Shown: positions 22,801 to 33,744 of the stretch, in pieces | Layout: each line of letters starts with the position of its first letter | Numbering within the stretch: the stretch's first letter is position 1 | Assembly (NCBI GenBank): GCA_030390025.1 | Contig: CM059432.1 | Coordinates: 123,134,001 to 123,198,000 of the forward strand | Source of the DNA: Squalus acanthias | Taxonomy: Eukaryota | Direction: 5' to 3' | DNA: 64,000 nucleotides | Program-made: the position numbers and the translations under genes | Notes under the pieces: model-generated | What the model was told of the DNA's origin: nothing | Seen by the model: the letters and a program-made list of their open reading frames with translations, nothing else | Database searches by the model: none

Positions 22801-24250
22801 TATTTTGTTACGAATGCTACGTGCATTCAGATAGAGAACTTTCAAATATGTTTTGTGACACTTAGTTCCTGCTTTTGCCCTTTTTATTACTTTACCTTTT
22901 ACTCCATACCTTCTGCCCCTTCCTGACACACTCTGGTTTTTAATTTCCCCACTGCTACCTAAGTCTATGACCTTCTCTGTTGTCATTTTTATTATTTGCT
23001 CTCTAGGAACCTCCCCCCCACTAGTTAGTTTAAAGCCCTCTCTATGATCCGCCAGGACTCTAGTTCCAGCACTGGCCAAGTGAAGCCCGTCCCAACGGAA
23101 CAGCTCTCTCCTGCCCCAGTACTGGTGCCAGTGTCCCAGGAAGCAAAACCCATTTCTCCCACACCAGACTTTGAGCCACTCATTTAACTCTCTTATTTTA
23201 TTTGTCCTAGCCAAATTCGCTCGTGGCTCAGGTAATAATCCAGAGATTATTACCCTTGAGGTTCTGTTTTTTAATTTGACCCCTAGCTGCTCATACTCCT
23301 TTAACAGAACTGGCTTCCTTGTCCTATCTACGTCGTTTGTACCAACATGGACCACGACAACTGGATCCACCCCCTCCCACTGCAAATTTCTTTCCAGCCC
23401 AGAGGAGATAACCCTGGCACCGGGCAGGCAACACAGCCTACGGGACTCTCGCTCTCGGCTGCAGAGAACTCTATCTATCCCCCTAATAATACTATCCCCT
23501 ACCACTACAACATTTCTATTTACTCCCCCCTCTTGAATGGCCCCCCGTTCCACGGTGCTGTGGCCAGGTTGCTCATCCTCCCCACAGTCCCTGCTCCCGT
23601 CCCCACAGGGAGTAAGAACCTCGAACCTGTTGGACAAGAGCAAGGGCTGCGGCTCCTCCAACACTACCTCCTGGATCCCCGTACCTGCCTCACTCGTAGT
23701 CACACCGTCCTGTCCCTGACCATGGGCTACATCTGAATTAATTAACTTCATAGGTGTGACCACCTCCTGAAACACAGAGTCCAGGTACTTCTCCCCCTCC
23801 CTGATGTGTCGCAGTGTCTGAAGCTCAGACTCCAGCTCATCAACACGGAGCTGGAGTTCCTGTAGCAGCAGACACTTGTCACAGACGTAATCACCGTGAG
23901 CCTCAATGGGGTCCACCGGCTCCCACATCTCGCAACAGTAACACATCACCTGTTCCATTCTGTGTAATTAATTAATTTTTTTTATTGTTAGTTATGGTCA
24001 CTCTCTGCCCGATTATAGATGCTAGTATCCCCTCTAATTAATTGAATTTAAATTAAATCAATCCCTCTAAATTACACCAGTTAAATGGTTTACCAACAGT
24101 CACTCTGCACCAGAAAGGCCTTATTAACTACAACCCAGAGTTAAAGTTTGAAAAGAGCACCCTACACTCCACTCACCCGAACTCCCACTTACCCAAACTC
24201 AGCACTCTCTGCTGACTTGCACTAAGTTCCATTATTTTAGTTATAATTAT
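19805..24250 (-). mobile_element. Near-full-length CR1 LINE (5'UTR, ORF1, ORF2, duplicated 3' end)
   Basis: Contains the 1198-aa ORF, the ORF2 C-terminus in a shifted frame (20037-20393) and an (aagaacat)n tail at 19805. Possible imperfect TSD ctatttaat / ctacttaat. Confidence 0.95.
20362..23958 (-). CDS. CR1 ORF1-ORF2 fusion ORF (zinc finger/leucine zipper, SGNH esterase, AP endonuclease, reverse transcriptase)
   Basis: CxxC..CxxC followed by a coiled coil; GDS / HVGTND / DGLH esterase blocks; NARS, TETWL, GDFN, SDH; QHGF, KAFDKVPH, PQGSVLGP, FADD. Confidence 0.9.
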   Translation of the reverse strand: MEQVMCYCCEMWEPVDPIEAHGDYVCDKCLLLQELQLRVDELESELQTLRHIREGEKYLDSVFQEVVTPMKLINSDVAHGQGQDGVTTSEAGTGIQEVVLEEPQPLLLSNRFEVLTPCGDGSRDCGEDEQPGHSTVERGAIQEGGVNRNVVVVGDSIIRGIDRVLCSRERESRRLCCLPGARVISSGLERNLQWEGVDPVVVVHVGTNDVDRTRKPVLLKEYEQLGVKLKNRTSRVIISGLLPEPRANLARTNKIRELNEWLKVWCGRNGFCFLGHWHQYWGRRELFRWDGLHLASAGTRVLADHREGFKLTSGGEVPREQIIKMTTEKVIDLGSSGEIKNQSVSGRGRRYGVKGKVIKRAKAGTKCHKTYLKVLYLNARSIRNKIDELMAQITTYGYDLVAITETWLQGDNAWELNIPGYLTIRKDRQEGRGGEVAMLIKEGITVIQRNDIGSKDQNNETVWVEIRNKGKKTLVGVVYRPLNSCNSVGRSINQEIVEACNKGTSIIMGDFNNHINWTNQIGQGCLEDEFIECIRDGFLEQYVTEPTRGHATLDLVLCNETGLIKNVLVKDPLGMSDHNMVEFHIQLEGEKVGSQTSVLSLNKGDYEGMRAEFSRVDWENRLKGKTIHDQWCTFKELFYNFQKIYIPLRRKGYKRKDSHPWLSKEIKDSIQLKTRAYKVAKSSGRIEDWENFKRQQKITKRLIKKGKIDYESKLAKNIKTDSKSFYSYIKRKRVAKVNVGPLEDETGKLMVGNMEMANTLNEYFVSVFTVEDTKNIPTLDKQGAIGGEELNTIKITKEVVLGKIMGLKADKSPGPDGLHPRVLREVAVGIVDALVIIFQNSLDSAKIPADWKTANVTPLFKKASRQTAGNYRPVSLTSVVGKILESIIKETVTGHLDNHNLIGQSQHGFMKGKSCLTNLLEFFEEVTHRVDKGEPVDVVYLDFQKAFDKVPHKRLLLKIKNHGIGGNILAWIEDWLSNRRQRVGINGSFSDWQLVTSGVPQGSVLGPQLFTIYINDLKEGTECNISKFADDTKMGGKVVSEEDIKNLQGDIDRLSKWAEIWQMEYNTGKCEVMHFGRKNSRASYYLNGKKLESTEVQRDLGVLVHETQKVSMQVQQVIKKANGMLAFIAKGIEYKNREVLLQLYKVLVRPHLEYCIQFWCPYLRKDILALESVQRRFTRLIPGMRGWTYEERLGRLGL

Positions 24251-24266
24251 AGCTTGACTACTTAAT

Positions 24267-24927
24267 GGGCTCGATTTTGTCATTGGGGCGGGCTGGGGAC
24301 GTGTCATCCGCTTTTCGTGTTAGCCACCCGACTCCAATTGGATGTGGGAGAATTATGCGATTTTCCCCTAATTGGGCAATTGAGTTCCAGCATGTGGGAA
24401 CCCATGGCCCAATTAGTTTTTTATGTCTGAAAGTCGCCTCTGATGATGTCATCATTGCTGCTGCATTTAAGGTCTGCAAAGACTGCCAACCTTTTGGCCT
24501 TTGCTGTGAGAGGGACCTGGACGCAAAATGAGCAGCAGGAGACCTAAGTCTGCGCCCAGATTTTTTCCACCGCCGCCACCACCACCACCACCAGAATGAT
24601 GATTGATCAAATCTCCTTTTTAATGGTGGAGCTGCAGCTGATAGTCAGCAATCCAAGTGTGCTACCGCCAGGTTTCACCGTCGTGTTTCAGAGGAGGCGT
24701 GCATCACGTTGGAAAAGTGTTAAAATCAGAAAGACCTCTCAAAATGGGATTATAGAGGCAATTAAGTGGTTGTTAAGGGCCTATCCCGCCTCACGGAGAC
24801 GGGATCAGAAACCACGCATTTGGGAAAATTGCTCGGAGGCGGGGTCGGGCCCGCCCGCCATTTTTTGCAATTTTAACACCCCACACGCCTCCATTCCCGC
24901 CTCCTCGGGCCTGGCAAAATCGAGCCC
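24267..24927. mobile_element. Non-autonomous DNA transposon (PIF/Harbinger-like MITE), copy 1
   Basis: TIR GGGCTCGATTTTG / CAAAATCGAGCCC, 3-bp TSD AAT, homologous to 42286-43035. Confidence 0.8.
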
Positions 24928-25479
24928 AATGAATCTACCGAGTTGTGTCAGGCTGACTTTTGAGTATTTCATTCTGCTTAAAATAGTGGAAAATGTAACA
25001 TACTCTGCAGTCAGTAATTGGTATGCTGGACTCTGCAGGGATCAATACATATGATAATCCCATTGTCCCTTTCAATACAAATTTGGATTGTTTATTTCTC
25101 CAGCATGTTATTGATTCCTTTCAGCAGTGTAAAGCTCAGTCCAATAGACTCCGAAGTGTCTTCTCCATCCATTTTAATTTCTTTCCCCTTCGCCTAGTTT
25201 TAGTTTCACAATATATAAGCCATTTATCACTCAAACCACAGACAGCAGTTTTTTCTGGCTAAAATCTCTTAGTTATTTGCTCCTCACTCTTCATTGAACC
25301 ACAATGGTTTCACACGATTAAGATATTTTACTGTACATTGGCTGCATGAAATTACTTTGTAGATCGTTTGTAAAGAAGTAAAGCATTACAAATGTTGGAA
25401 TCAGAGGTTTAATTCCATCTGTGCCTGATTCCTAACACCATCCATTAACACGTTTTCATGAATTTCTGTCTGTATTACT

Positions 25480-25880
25480 GTGTTTTCAAATCCCTGTTTT
25501 CAAATTCCTCCATGGCCTCACCCCTCCCTATCTCTGTAATCTCCTCCAGCCCCACAACCCCCCGAGATGTCTGCGCTCCTCTAATTCTGCCCTCTTGAGC
25601 ATCCCTGATTATAATCGCTCAACCATCGGTGGCCGTGCCTTCTGTTGCCTCGGCCCTAAGCTCTGGAATTCCCTCCCTAAACCTCTCCGCCTCGCTACCT
25701 CTCTTTCCTCCGTTATGGTGTTCCTTAAAACTTACATCTTTGGTCAAACTTTTGGTCATCTGCCCTAATTTCTCCTTATGTGGCTCGGTGTCAAATTTTT
25801 GTCTTATAATACTCTTGTGAAGTGCCTTGGGATGTTGTACTACGTTAAAGGCACTATATAAATACAAGTTGTTGTTGTGA
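25480..25880 (+). mobile_element. L2-clade LINE 3' fragment
   Basis: Reverse complement of the 1-545 family; ends ..tatataaatacaagttgttgttg. Confidence 0.8.
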
Positions 25881-27543
25881 TACAGACATCGATCTGTTCA
25901 TTTTAAACAGGCTAAAATATAGCAGACAGTTGACTTGTGCATATTAACAGATGCAATTAAATAGTGCACAGGGGGAAATAAAGACATATAAAATGTAATC
26001 ACAATCAACTGGAGAAGTAAGTAATAACTAATCTATCCATATCTTAAAGAACTCTTACGCCGTACGTACTTTCTAGCTGTAAATTGATAATGGAAATTGC
26101 CCATGTAAGCTTGTCACAGTGTAATGGCAGTGGTAACACTAACGCCTCAATTCTGCATCTCCCAGCTCCTCGGCCTGTACTATAGAGAAACTCCTACACT
26201 CCAACCAACTCTACTTTTCTGCTCCCCAAATTGCTGTCATTTTTGCTATTTAACCATAAATAATAATATCAAATCAAGATATTATAATAAAAATAAACAG
26301 AGAATATATGGCTTTAAAATGGGGAACTGAATTACATCCCTATGCCTTGGTCCAGTTATGGTCCACCCTCTAGCCCTGCTTCATCTGAAGATGACCCTTG
26401 GTCTTGGCATCCCGTGTACAATGGCATGCGAGGCCGACCAATATACATTATATGAATTTACATTGGAGCTGCAGTAAATAGTGAGACACATGAATGAAAC
26501 TAACTGGAAAGATGTGACAGGGGATCAAATAAGCTGCAGCAAATGAAAGTGGACAAACATGTCGAGGGGAAGGTGAAACCATCTATAGACACACAAATAT
26601 TCCATAGATGTACGTAGATGTCTGAGAGATGTGAAGAATGATCTTTGAAAACAAAAATGCGACACGATTGTGTGTAAAGTATGAGGGTAGAATTTATGTG
26701 GTGTGTCCCCCACCCCACCCGAAGTTATGGAGGAACATCAGGAGAACTTAGGAAAAATGGCGTAAATGGATGATTTTATCCAGGGGTGGGTGTCTTACTG
26801 ATCTCTCATTGAATTTATGGCAGTGGATCGGGAGACCCCTGAGGAAATTTCAGTCGAAGATATTTACTATTAAATATAATAGAAATTTAAATATATGTTT
26901 ATGGACAAATATTCAGAGCTTTCAAAGTAAGAAAAAAGGCCAGTCTAACAGGTACAAACGGTCTTAGAAGCCACAAATGCTGCTTCTTTCAGTGGAAGGA
27001 GAGATCTGTGAAGGTTTGAGAGACTGGGCTTCTTGCTACACATTTGTTGAGGGAATTACCTGTACTGCTATCTGTAGAGGCAATTATTACTAATATAATG
27101 ATCTATATCTGGTATTACTGTAACCTTGATGTTGAACCAATAAGTTGTCGTGCCGGATGAGCCATTGAAAATGCCAAAATGGTTTTCACTCTTTCTCATG
27201 AATTGAAACCAATAGGCAAGTTAGTGATGTCAGCAGGGAATAATGGAGCATGTTGCGGGCTGAAAATGATTGAACTTGCCTGTTGGTGCCATCGCTGAGA
27301 AGCCCACAGGTGCCGAATCTGTGTTCTTTTCAAAGTCACGTCCATTTGATCCCCGTTCTCCACTAGAAAGTATCTATAAAATATATTCAAATCCAAGGAT
27401 ACAGTAAAAGAACTATTAACCACAGTCTGGGGACGAGGAACTAAAACACTTTTGCTCACTTCACGCCCACTCAGAATTTGAACACTATTGACACTGTTAC
27501 CAATTTGTGTTGTATTAATTGCTGTCTTTAAATATTTTTAAAG

Positions 27544-27882
27544 ATAAGTTTTCCAGAAGTCGGGCAGCAGACACTCACGTGCAACTCGTACCAGGGAACA
27601 ATGTGACCTTATTCTGTGGGCATCCGAATGGGGACAATGTTGCACAAGTGACATGGGAACAAGTGACTGAAGAAGAAAGAAACACGATTGTTAACATCAG
27701 ACATTCACAAATATTCATTGGCTATGACTACCGAGGAAGAATCCAATTTAACTACTTGCCCCCTGAAAACATCAGTCTGACCATAGAGAATGTGTCAACA
27801 AACGATGTGGGAATGTATCGCTGTCACGTTGCCACGAATAAGAGAAACTGGACCAAAGTCTTTGCTGTTGGTGAGGAAGGAG
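27544..27882 (+). CDS. CD226: CD226-like gene, Ig domain 2 exon (339 nt, phase 1-1)
   Basis: Acceptor tttttaaag|AT and donor GGAG|gtaaga. DKFSRSRAADTHVQLVPGNNVTLFC..QVTWEQ..DVGMYRC resembles mammalian CD226 D2 (DSF..PGKNVTLTC..VRWEK..DSGLYRC, recalled). In frame with the IgV1 exon. Confidence 0.9.
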
Positions 27883-30800
27883 GTAAGATAGTTATGTGCT
27901 AATATAATTGACTCTATTTTTATCCTTTTTTGTAATCTTTTTCGCCTTCCTATATCTCCTCTGTGGCAAGGATGATTCCAGAGCCTAATTGTGATTTCCG
28001 GCTCTCATTTATGAAAGGTCCCCGTAGTACTGAACTCGTTTTTCATTAGAGAAAAGAAGAATGATGAAAAATGTGATCCAGATTTTTTAAGTGCTGAGAG
28101 GCATAGAGATATAAGCACATCATTTAACTTGGACTGTGAATTCAGAACCAGAGGACACGAGAATAAAATGAAAATGCCTCAAGTGAGATGAGAGATGTTA
28201 GAAGACTTTTTTCCCCACACATTAGCGGATAGGTGGAATAGGATTGAAGGTTAAAGGGTAAGTACAGACAAAGATAATCAAATACTCCATGGAGCACGAA
28301 GGGTCCCTGTGCTGCTGGGATCAGCCTGGGTTGAATGGTGGAGACATGGGAATGGATGGATAGTCTGAATTTTTGCTTTATTACCTTTGGAGGTCAGGGA
28401 GAAATTTTTTGTGGACTTTTCTCTCAGGAGGTAATACAAGTCCATGATAGAGTAGATTGTTCAGGGTCTGTGGGAGGAACATGTTTGTTGGACAGAAAGG
28501 CCTTTTGTCATTCCATGCTTAATGAGTCTGTTGTTATTTTCCTCCCCCTTCTTTTTAGGCCTATGTGGCACACAGTGAGAGGAGGACCAGATATGCAGGG
28601 ACCAGACCTTTTACAATACTGGCCTCTTATCAGTCTCTTAGAGGCGTGTGTGAGTGGCACAGGTCAACTGCCTTCCACTTTCCCTCTTGTCCCCACAAGA
28701 TCTCATAACTCACTGTGGCCCCTATTACATTTAAAATTTATGTTTAAATTTTCCGCTCAGCTGCATCGTTTAAAAAAAAAAATTCCAACATTGTTTATAG
28801 AATTTCATAAGAGTCAAGTATCCCATCAATGCATAGAAAATTCACCACAGGAATACCTTCACTGCTAGACTATTCCTCAGTGTGGTTAGTAGCTCCAGTG
28901 ATAATTAGTTATTTCTTTGTATGTAGTTCCTTTAAATAGCCTTAGCAGATTTTGTGCTTCCCTGTCCTAGAAACAATCAAACTTCTTTGCAAATTGCCCA
29001 CTTTAATATCCATTCAACACATTGTTCAACAGACCTTCATGCCTGTCAGTTCTCAATCAAAAATTAAATAAACCGTTATACTTCCTGAAAAAATATTAGA
29101 GCAGAGTTTAGTGACTTGACACATGGTGCAGACATATTCTATGTAATGATTTGTTGTACATCATATCAGGAGAAGGGATAGAATGCGGGTCAACGCATAA
29201 TCATTGCCAATTGATTAAAATTTAGAATGTATTTGTCATATTATCCCAAATCCAACATCTTGCTCTTAAGCTTAAATATTGTCAAGTTTTAACATAGACA
29301 GACTGTCCAGTGAGTTACTTTTCAGCAAAGCCATCCGTTATAAGTATAACTGCTGCCCCTCACCCTGTCCCGCCTCCGTTAAAACCGGAAGTGGGCAGGT
29401 TGGAACCTCCCACCCGACCCCAACCCTCCTGTTTTTTGGAGTTAAAATCCCCACCATGAGTCAAATGTGCTGTAATCTCTAGATTTTCTGACAGCCTGGT
29501 CCTATCCTCAATCAATGTCCACACACACACACTTATAGCAGGGATCACTATGTAGCGATAAAGGTGGGCACCCTTGCTGATTCCCTTGCCTGGGAACATG
29601 GAGATCAGGTGTAGTGCCCCAGCTCCAACCTTGGTTGAGATTAGCTAACCTGCCACAAGGATCGAACTTGTGACCTTTCTGATCAGCATCAGCGCTATGT
29701 CATATGATGCACTTACCCATTGTACCATTGAGGGATTCTCCTGATAAAACTTGCGAGGAGTTTGTTCTGTGTTGCAAGTGTATTCTCTAGAATGTGCACC
29801 TGAAGTGAAAGTTATAACAGGCACTATACTCTCAACAGAGTGAGAACTCCTTCTAACTGATTTTAGTGTTTTTATAAAACAATTGATTTTTTTTCTAACT
29901 GAAAATTGCACAATACAAACTTCAGCTGATTGAAGTCTAACTGTGTAACCCAGCACCCACTTTTGGCTAAATTTGAAATGAATTGATTTTAAAATGTGAT
30001 GTCAAGTTAGCTGACAAGATGAAGCCCTGCTCTAATGGGGCCTGCGTGTTCTGTTTTCTGAATATATGCTTTGTGTAGGTCACAGTGATCTGGTTGGCCA
30101 GCTGGAATGTAATGATCCGTGTAGTGAATGATATTACTGTGACGAAAAATAAGAATGTAGTTCTTGGTTTGACTAAAGTTTTAAAGAGTCATGGGAACTC
30201 CATGTTAAAAATGGTATTGGCCCAAGATGTGTTTTTGGGATGTCTTTACAAAATTTCCTTTGTTCTATGGCAGCATTTGTCTATGGAGTTCCAAGCCAGG
30301 TGGTCAGCTGTGATGCAGATAGCCTTCAACACTGTTAGATTCATTAAAAAATAATTTGTGTTGAATATTCATCTAAACCGACTGAGAAAATGAACGCATC
30401 AGACTGTAACCTCGTATATTTTAATCTGTGCGGATGCCAGTAGTATTACTATGAAGAATATTTCCGCATCTGTGGAAGTATTGTTCTCAAACGTACCATG
30501 TAAATGGATCTCCATTGTAAATTAGGGTTTAGGATTGGCCTTGTTGTCACATGGCATTGTTGCTTTGGTGCACAATATCATAAAACTATCTTTAAAGAAA
30601 CTGCTTGAAATTGGAAGAGGAAAATATTTTTACAATCCTGTCACTGTGCCTCTACATGTGTCAGGGGTGGCCATGAAGTCGAAGCAGCACCTGAATATTT
30701 ATTGTCGGCGATTGTGCCATTTCAAGAGTTTGCTGAAAGAACGCAGTTTATTTTAAACCGCCATCACAGTTGTATGTATTTTAAATTACTGATTGTGCTG

Positions 30801-31649
30801 TATAGTAATTTGCCTCTGTTTATGCTTCTGTGAATCAGTTTATTTGTAAATATATCTGGACGCTAGTTTAGCCTGTTACAAAATGGACCAATGGTGTGAA
30901 TATTTTACATCTACTCAAGTGACAAGTGGGGGTCCTCGGTGTTAACCAGCAACAATTCGCTGTGATCAGGGTTAATTGTTAGACCTGGATTACGCTCAGA
31001 GTGATAGAGAATAAAAGTTGGGTGTCAGCTTGTAAGATGGGTGGTCTGCGTATGGAAACTGCCATCAAGCTATTTCTCGGCGATAAAGGGTGTTGGAAAA
31101 AGCCTGAAATGTAAGAACGCTATACGGTTAGATTGAACAGGGCCTTGTAACCTCAGGTTGTGGTGACAGTAGAACTCAACACAACCACGCTTGGAACAAA
31201 GCGAGTCACTATCAGCAGGAAAATCAGACTCTTCAACACGCTCTGCTTCTATGTTTTGCTACAGCTTTCAGTGAGAAAATATTTGACCTTTCGTTTTGCT
31301 TTGATGTAGTAAAGTGCATCATAGCAAATATCACTAAATATTTTCCTTTTTTACATTGTTTTTAAATATCAGCTTGCTATTCTTCTATAAGATCCTATGA
31401 TATATTTTATATTGTTGCCTTTGTTTGAACGTACTCAGGCCATCTGACTGATTATATTTTATTTCCACTGACATAGTTTGGGCTCAGTGGTGTTTTACTT
31501 CAGAGGAAGACTCACTCAACGTGTGGTTGGTGGTGAGAGACAGATTTACATTGACACTTGTAGTCAATGTTTGACAGGCAGTCTGATCAGATTATAAAGA
31601 AAGATTATTAACTTAACTAACCCTTGCATCTTCTGCTTTGCTCCTCTAA

Positions 31650-32140
31650 CAATATAGACTTATTTGTTCTGGCCTGTAATTAGGCCCATCATTTTGGATA
31701 GAATAGTTACCAGTTCCACTGTTTTCCTTTCATACAAGAGCAGTCAGATGTCCCACCACCAAGAATACATGACACATCCCAAGTACTTACTGAAGGACAG
31801 AACTACCCAGCAAAGGCAGGTGAGTCCACGGCAGAGAGATATCCCTACCTATAAAGTTTATAGGTTGGTATCGAATGTATTACATCACTATGTCACTGGC
31901 ATAGATATATGTGTTGAAGAAATGCAGCATACAAATGATGTTAGATTCCACTTTGTTCGAACGTAACACCTGACTTGGCAGGAAAGATCGAAATCTATTG
32001 TGCGTAGTATAGGCAAGATATGTCCATAGGGCAGTGAACGAGCAGATATATCCCATATTAGAAATACAGCATTCTCAATGGTTACAGGAAAATAAGCCTA
32101 TAAGAAGAGATGTACATTTCTAATATGCATAATGGACGTA
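31650..32140 (-). mobile_element. Highly degenerate Penelope-like RT remnant
   Basis: Minus-strand reading SLPYGHIL..LR near 31995-32035 resembles the PLE RT-thumb SIPYxQxLR motif. Confidence 0.35.
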
Positions 32141-32142
32141 AA

Positions 32143-33350
32143 GCATAGAATTACATAAAGCCTCCACATGAGCCTCCTCCCACTCTAATTACCTCTTTCA
32201 ACTCCGCCACCCCCTCCCCCCACCACCCCTGGCCGTGTCCCTCTATTCCCATCAAGCCTCCCTTTAAATGCATCAATACTATTTGCTTCAACCACTCCGT
32301 GTGGCAGCGAGCTCCACATTCTCACCACTCTCTGTGTAAATAAATTCCTCTCCAATTCTTTATTTGCTTTGTTAATGGCAATCTTCTATTTATGCCCATT
32401 TGTTACATGGAATTACATAGTATTTACAGCACAGAAACAGGCCATTCAGCCCAATTAGTCTGTGCTGGTGTTTATGCTCCACGAGCCTGCTCCCACCCTA
32501 TTTCATCTAACCCTATCAGCATATCCTTCTATTTTCCTTCTATTCCTTTCTCCCTCATGTACTTATCTAGCTGCCCCTTAAAAGAATCTATAGAAACATA
32601 GAAACATAGAATCTAGGAGCAGGAGTAGGCCATTCGACCCGTCGAGCCTGCTCCGCCATTCAATACGATCATGGCTGATCATCCAAATCCAGTACCCTGT
32701 CCCTGCTTTAATCCCCACAGTACACATATCCCACCCTACCCCCGTAACCCCACGTATTTAATTCCCCCCTAACATATCCCATCCTATCCCCATAACCCCA
32801 CATATTTAATCCCCCCTAACACTAAGGGTCAATTTATCATAGCCAAATCAACCTAACCCACACCTTTTTGGACTGTGGGAGGAAACCGGAGCACCCGGAG
32901 GAAACCCACGCAGACACGGGGAGAATGTGCAAACTCCACACAGACAGTCACCCGAGGTCAGATTCGAACCCGGGTCTCTGGCGCTGTGAGGCACCAGTGC
33001 TAACCACTATGCCACCGTGTTGCCATTCGCCTCAACCACTCAATGTCGTAGTGAGTTCCACATTCTAACTGCTCTCTGGGTAAAGACGTTCCAGGATTCA
33101 CCCACAAAACAGCTTCTCCACATCCACCCTATCGCAACCCTTCAAAATTTTAAATACCTCTATCAGGTCTTCTCATAGTTTAATCTTTTCTAGAAAAAAG
33201 GAGCCCCAGCCTGCTCAATCTGTCCTGATAGTTGCATCCTCTCAATTCTGGTAACAGCCTTGTAAATCTTTTCTGCATTTTCTCCGATGCTTCAATATCA
33301 TTCTTGCAGTGTGGCGACCACAACTGCACAGCAATCCAAGTGTGGAAGTG
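32143..33350 (-). mobile_element. Nested cluster of CR1 3' fragments
   Basis: CR1 tails at about 32145 and 32405, ccacattctcaccactctctg segments and cacaactgcacag (CAVV), interrupted by the SINE. Confidence 0.7.
32588..33020 (-). mobile_element. HE1/V-SINE-like tRNA-derived SINE with CR1-derived 3' tail
   Basis: V-domain-like gactgtgggaggaaaccggagcacccggaggaaacccacgcagacacggggagaa, tRNA head (ttcgaacccggg), CR1 3'UTR and (agaaacat)n tail. Confidence 0.8.
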
Positions 33351-33744
33351 TACAAAAAAAAAGGCAACATATAATTTTACATCTAGGAGTAAACAGGGAA
33401 TTTAGGAAGAACTATTATATCGAGAGTATAAGGCATAAACGTTACTAGGGAATGCCATTGAAGCAAATAGTGTAAAAATAAAACAGAAAATGCTGGAAAA
33501 ACACAGGTCTGCCAGCATTTATAGAAAGATGGATTAATGTTTTGGATAGGGAACCGTCCTCAGAACTGGAAAGACTAAAATTAAGAGAGTTCATTTATAT
33601 GACTAAGCAAAACAAGGAGAGAAGGCAGACCAACAGGTAAAGGTTCACGAGTGTAGATACACTAACTTCTATTACAAAGAGGCAGCTAATAGTCTGTCAT
33701 CAGATTTTTACAAAGCTAGGAAAGAATACGGAGGTTGGGGACGG

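Noticed and set aside
20145..23736. Several + strand ORFs of 60-130 aa
   Set aside because: Antisense shadows of the CR1 coding region.
32950..33020. tRNA-like sequence
   Set aside because: It is the head of a SINE, not a complete tRNA gene.
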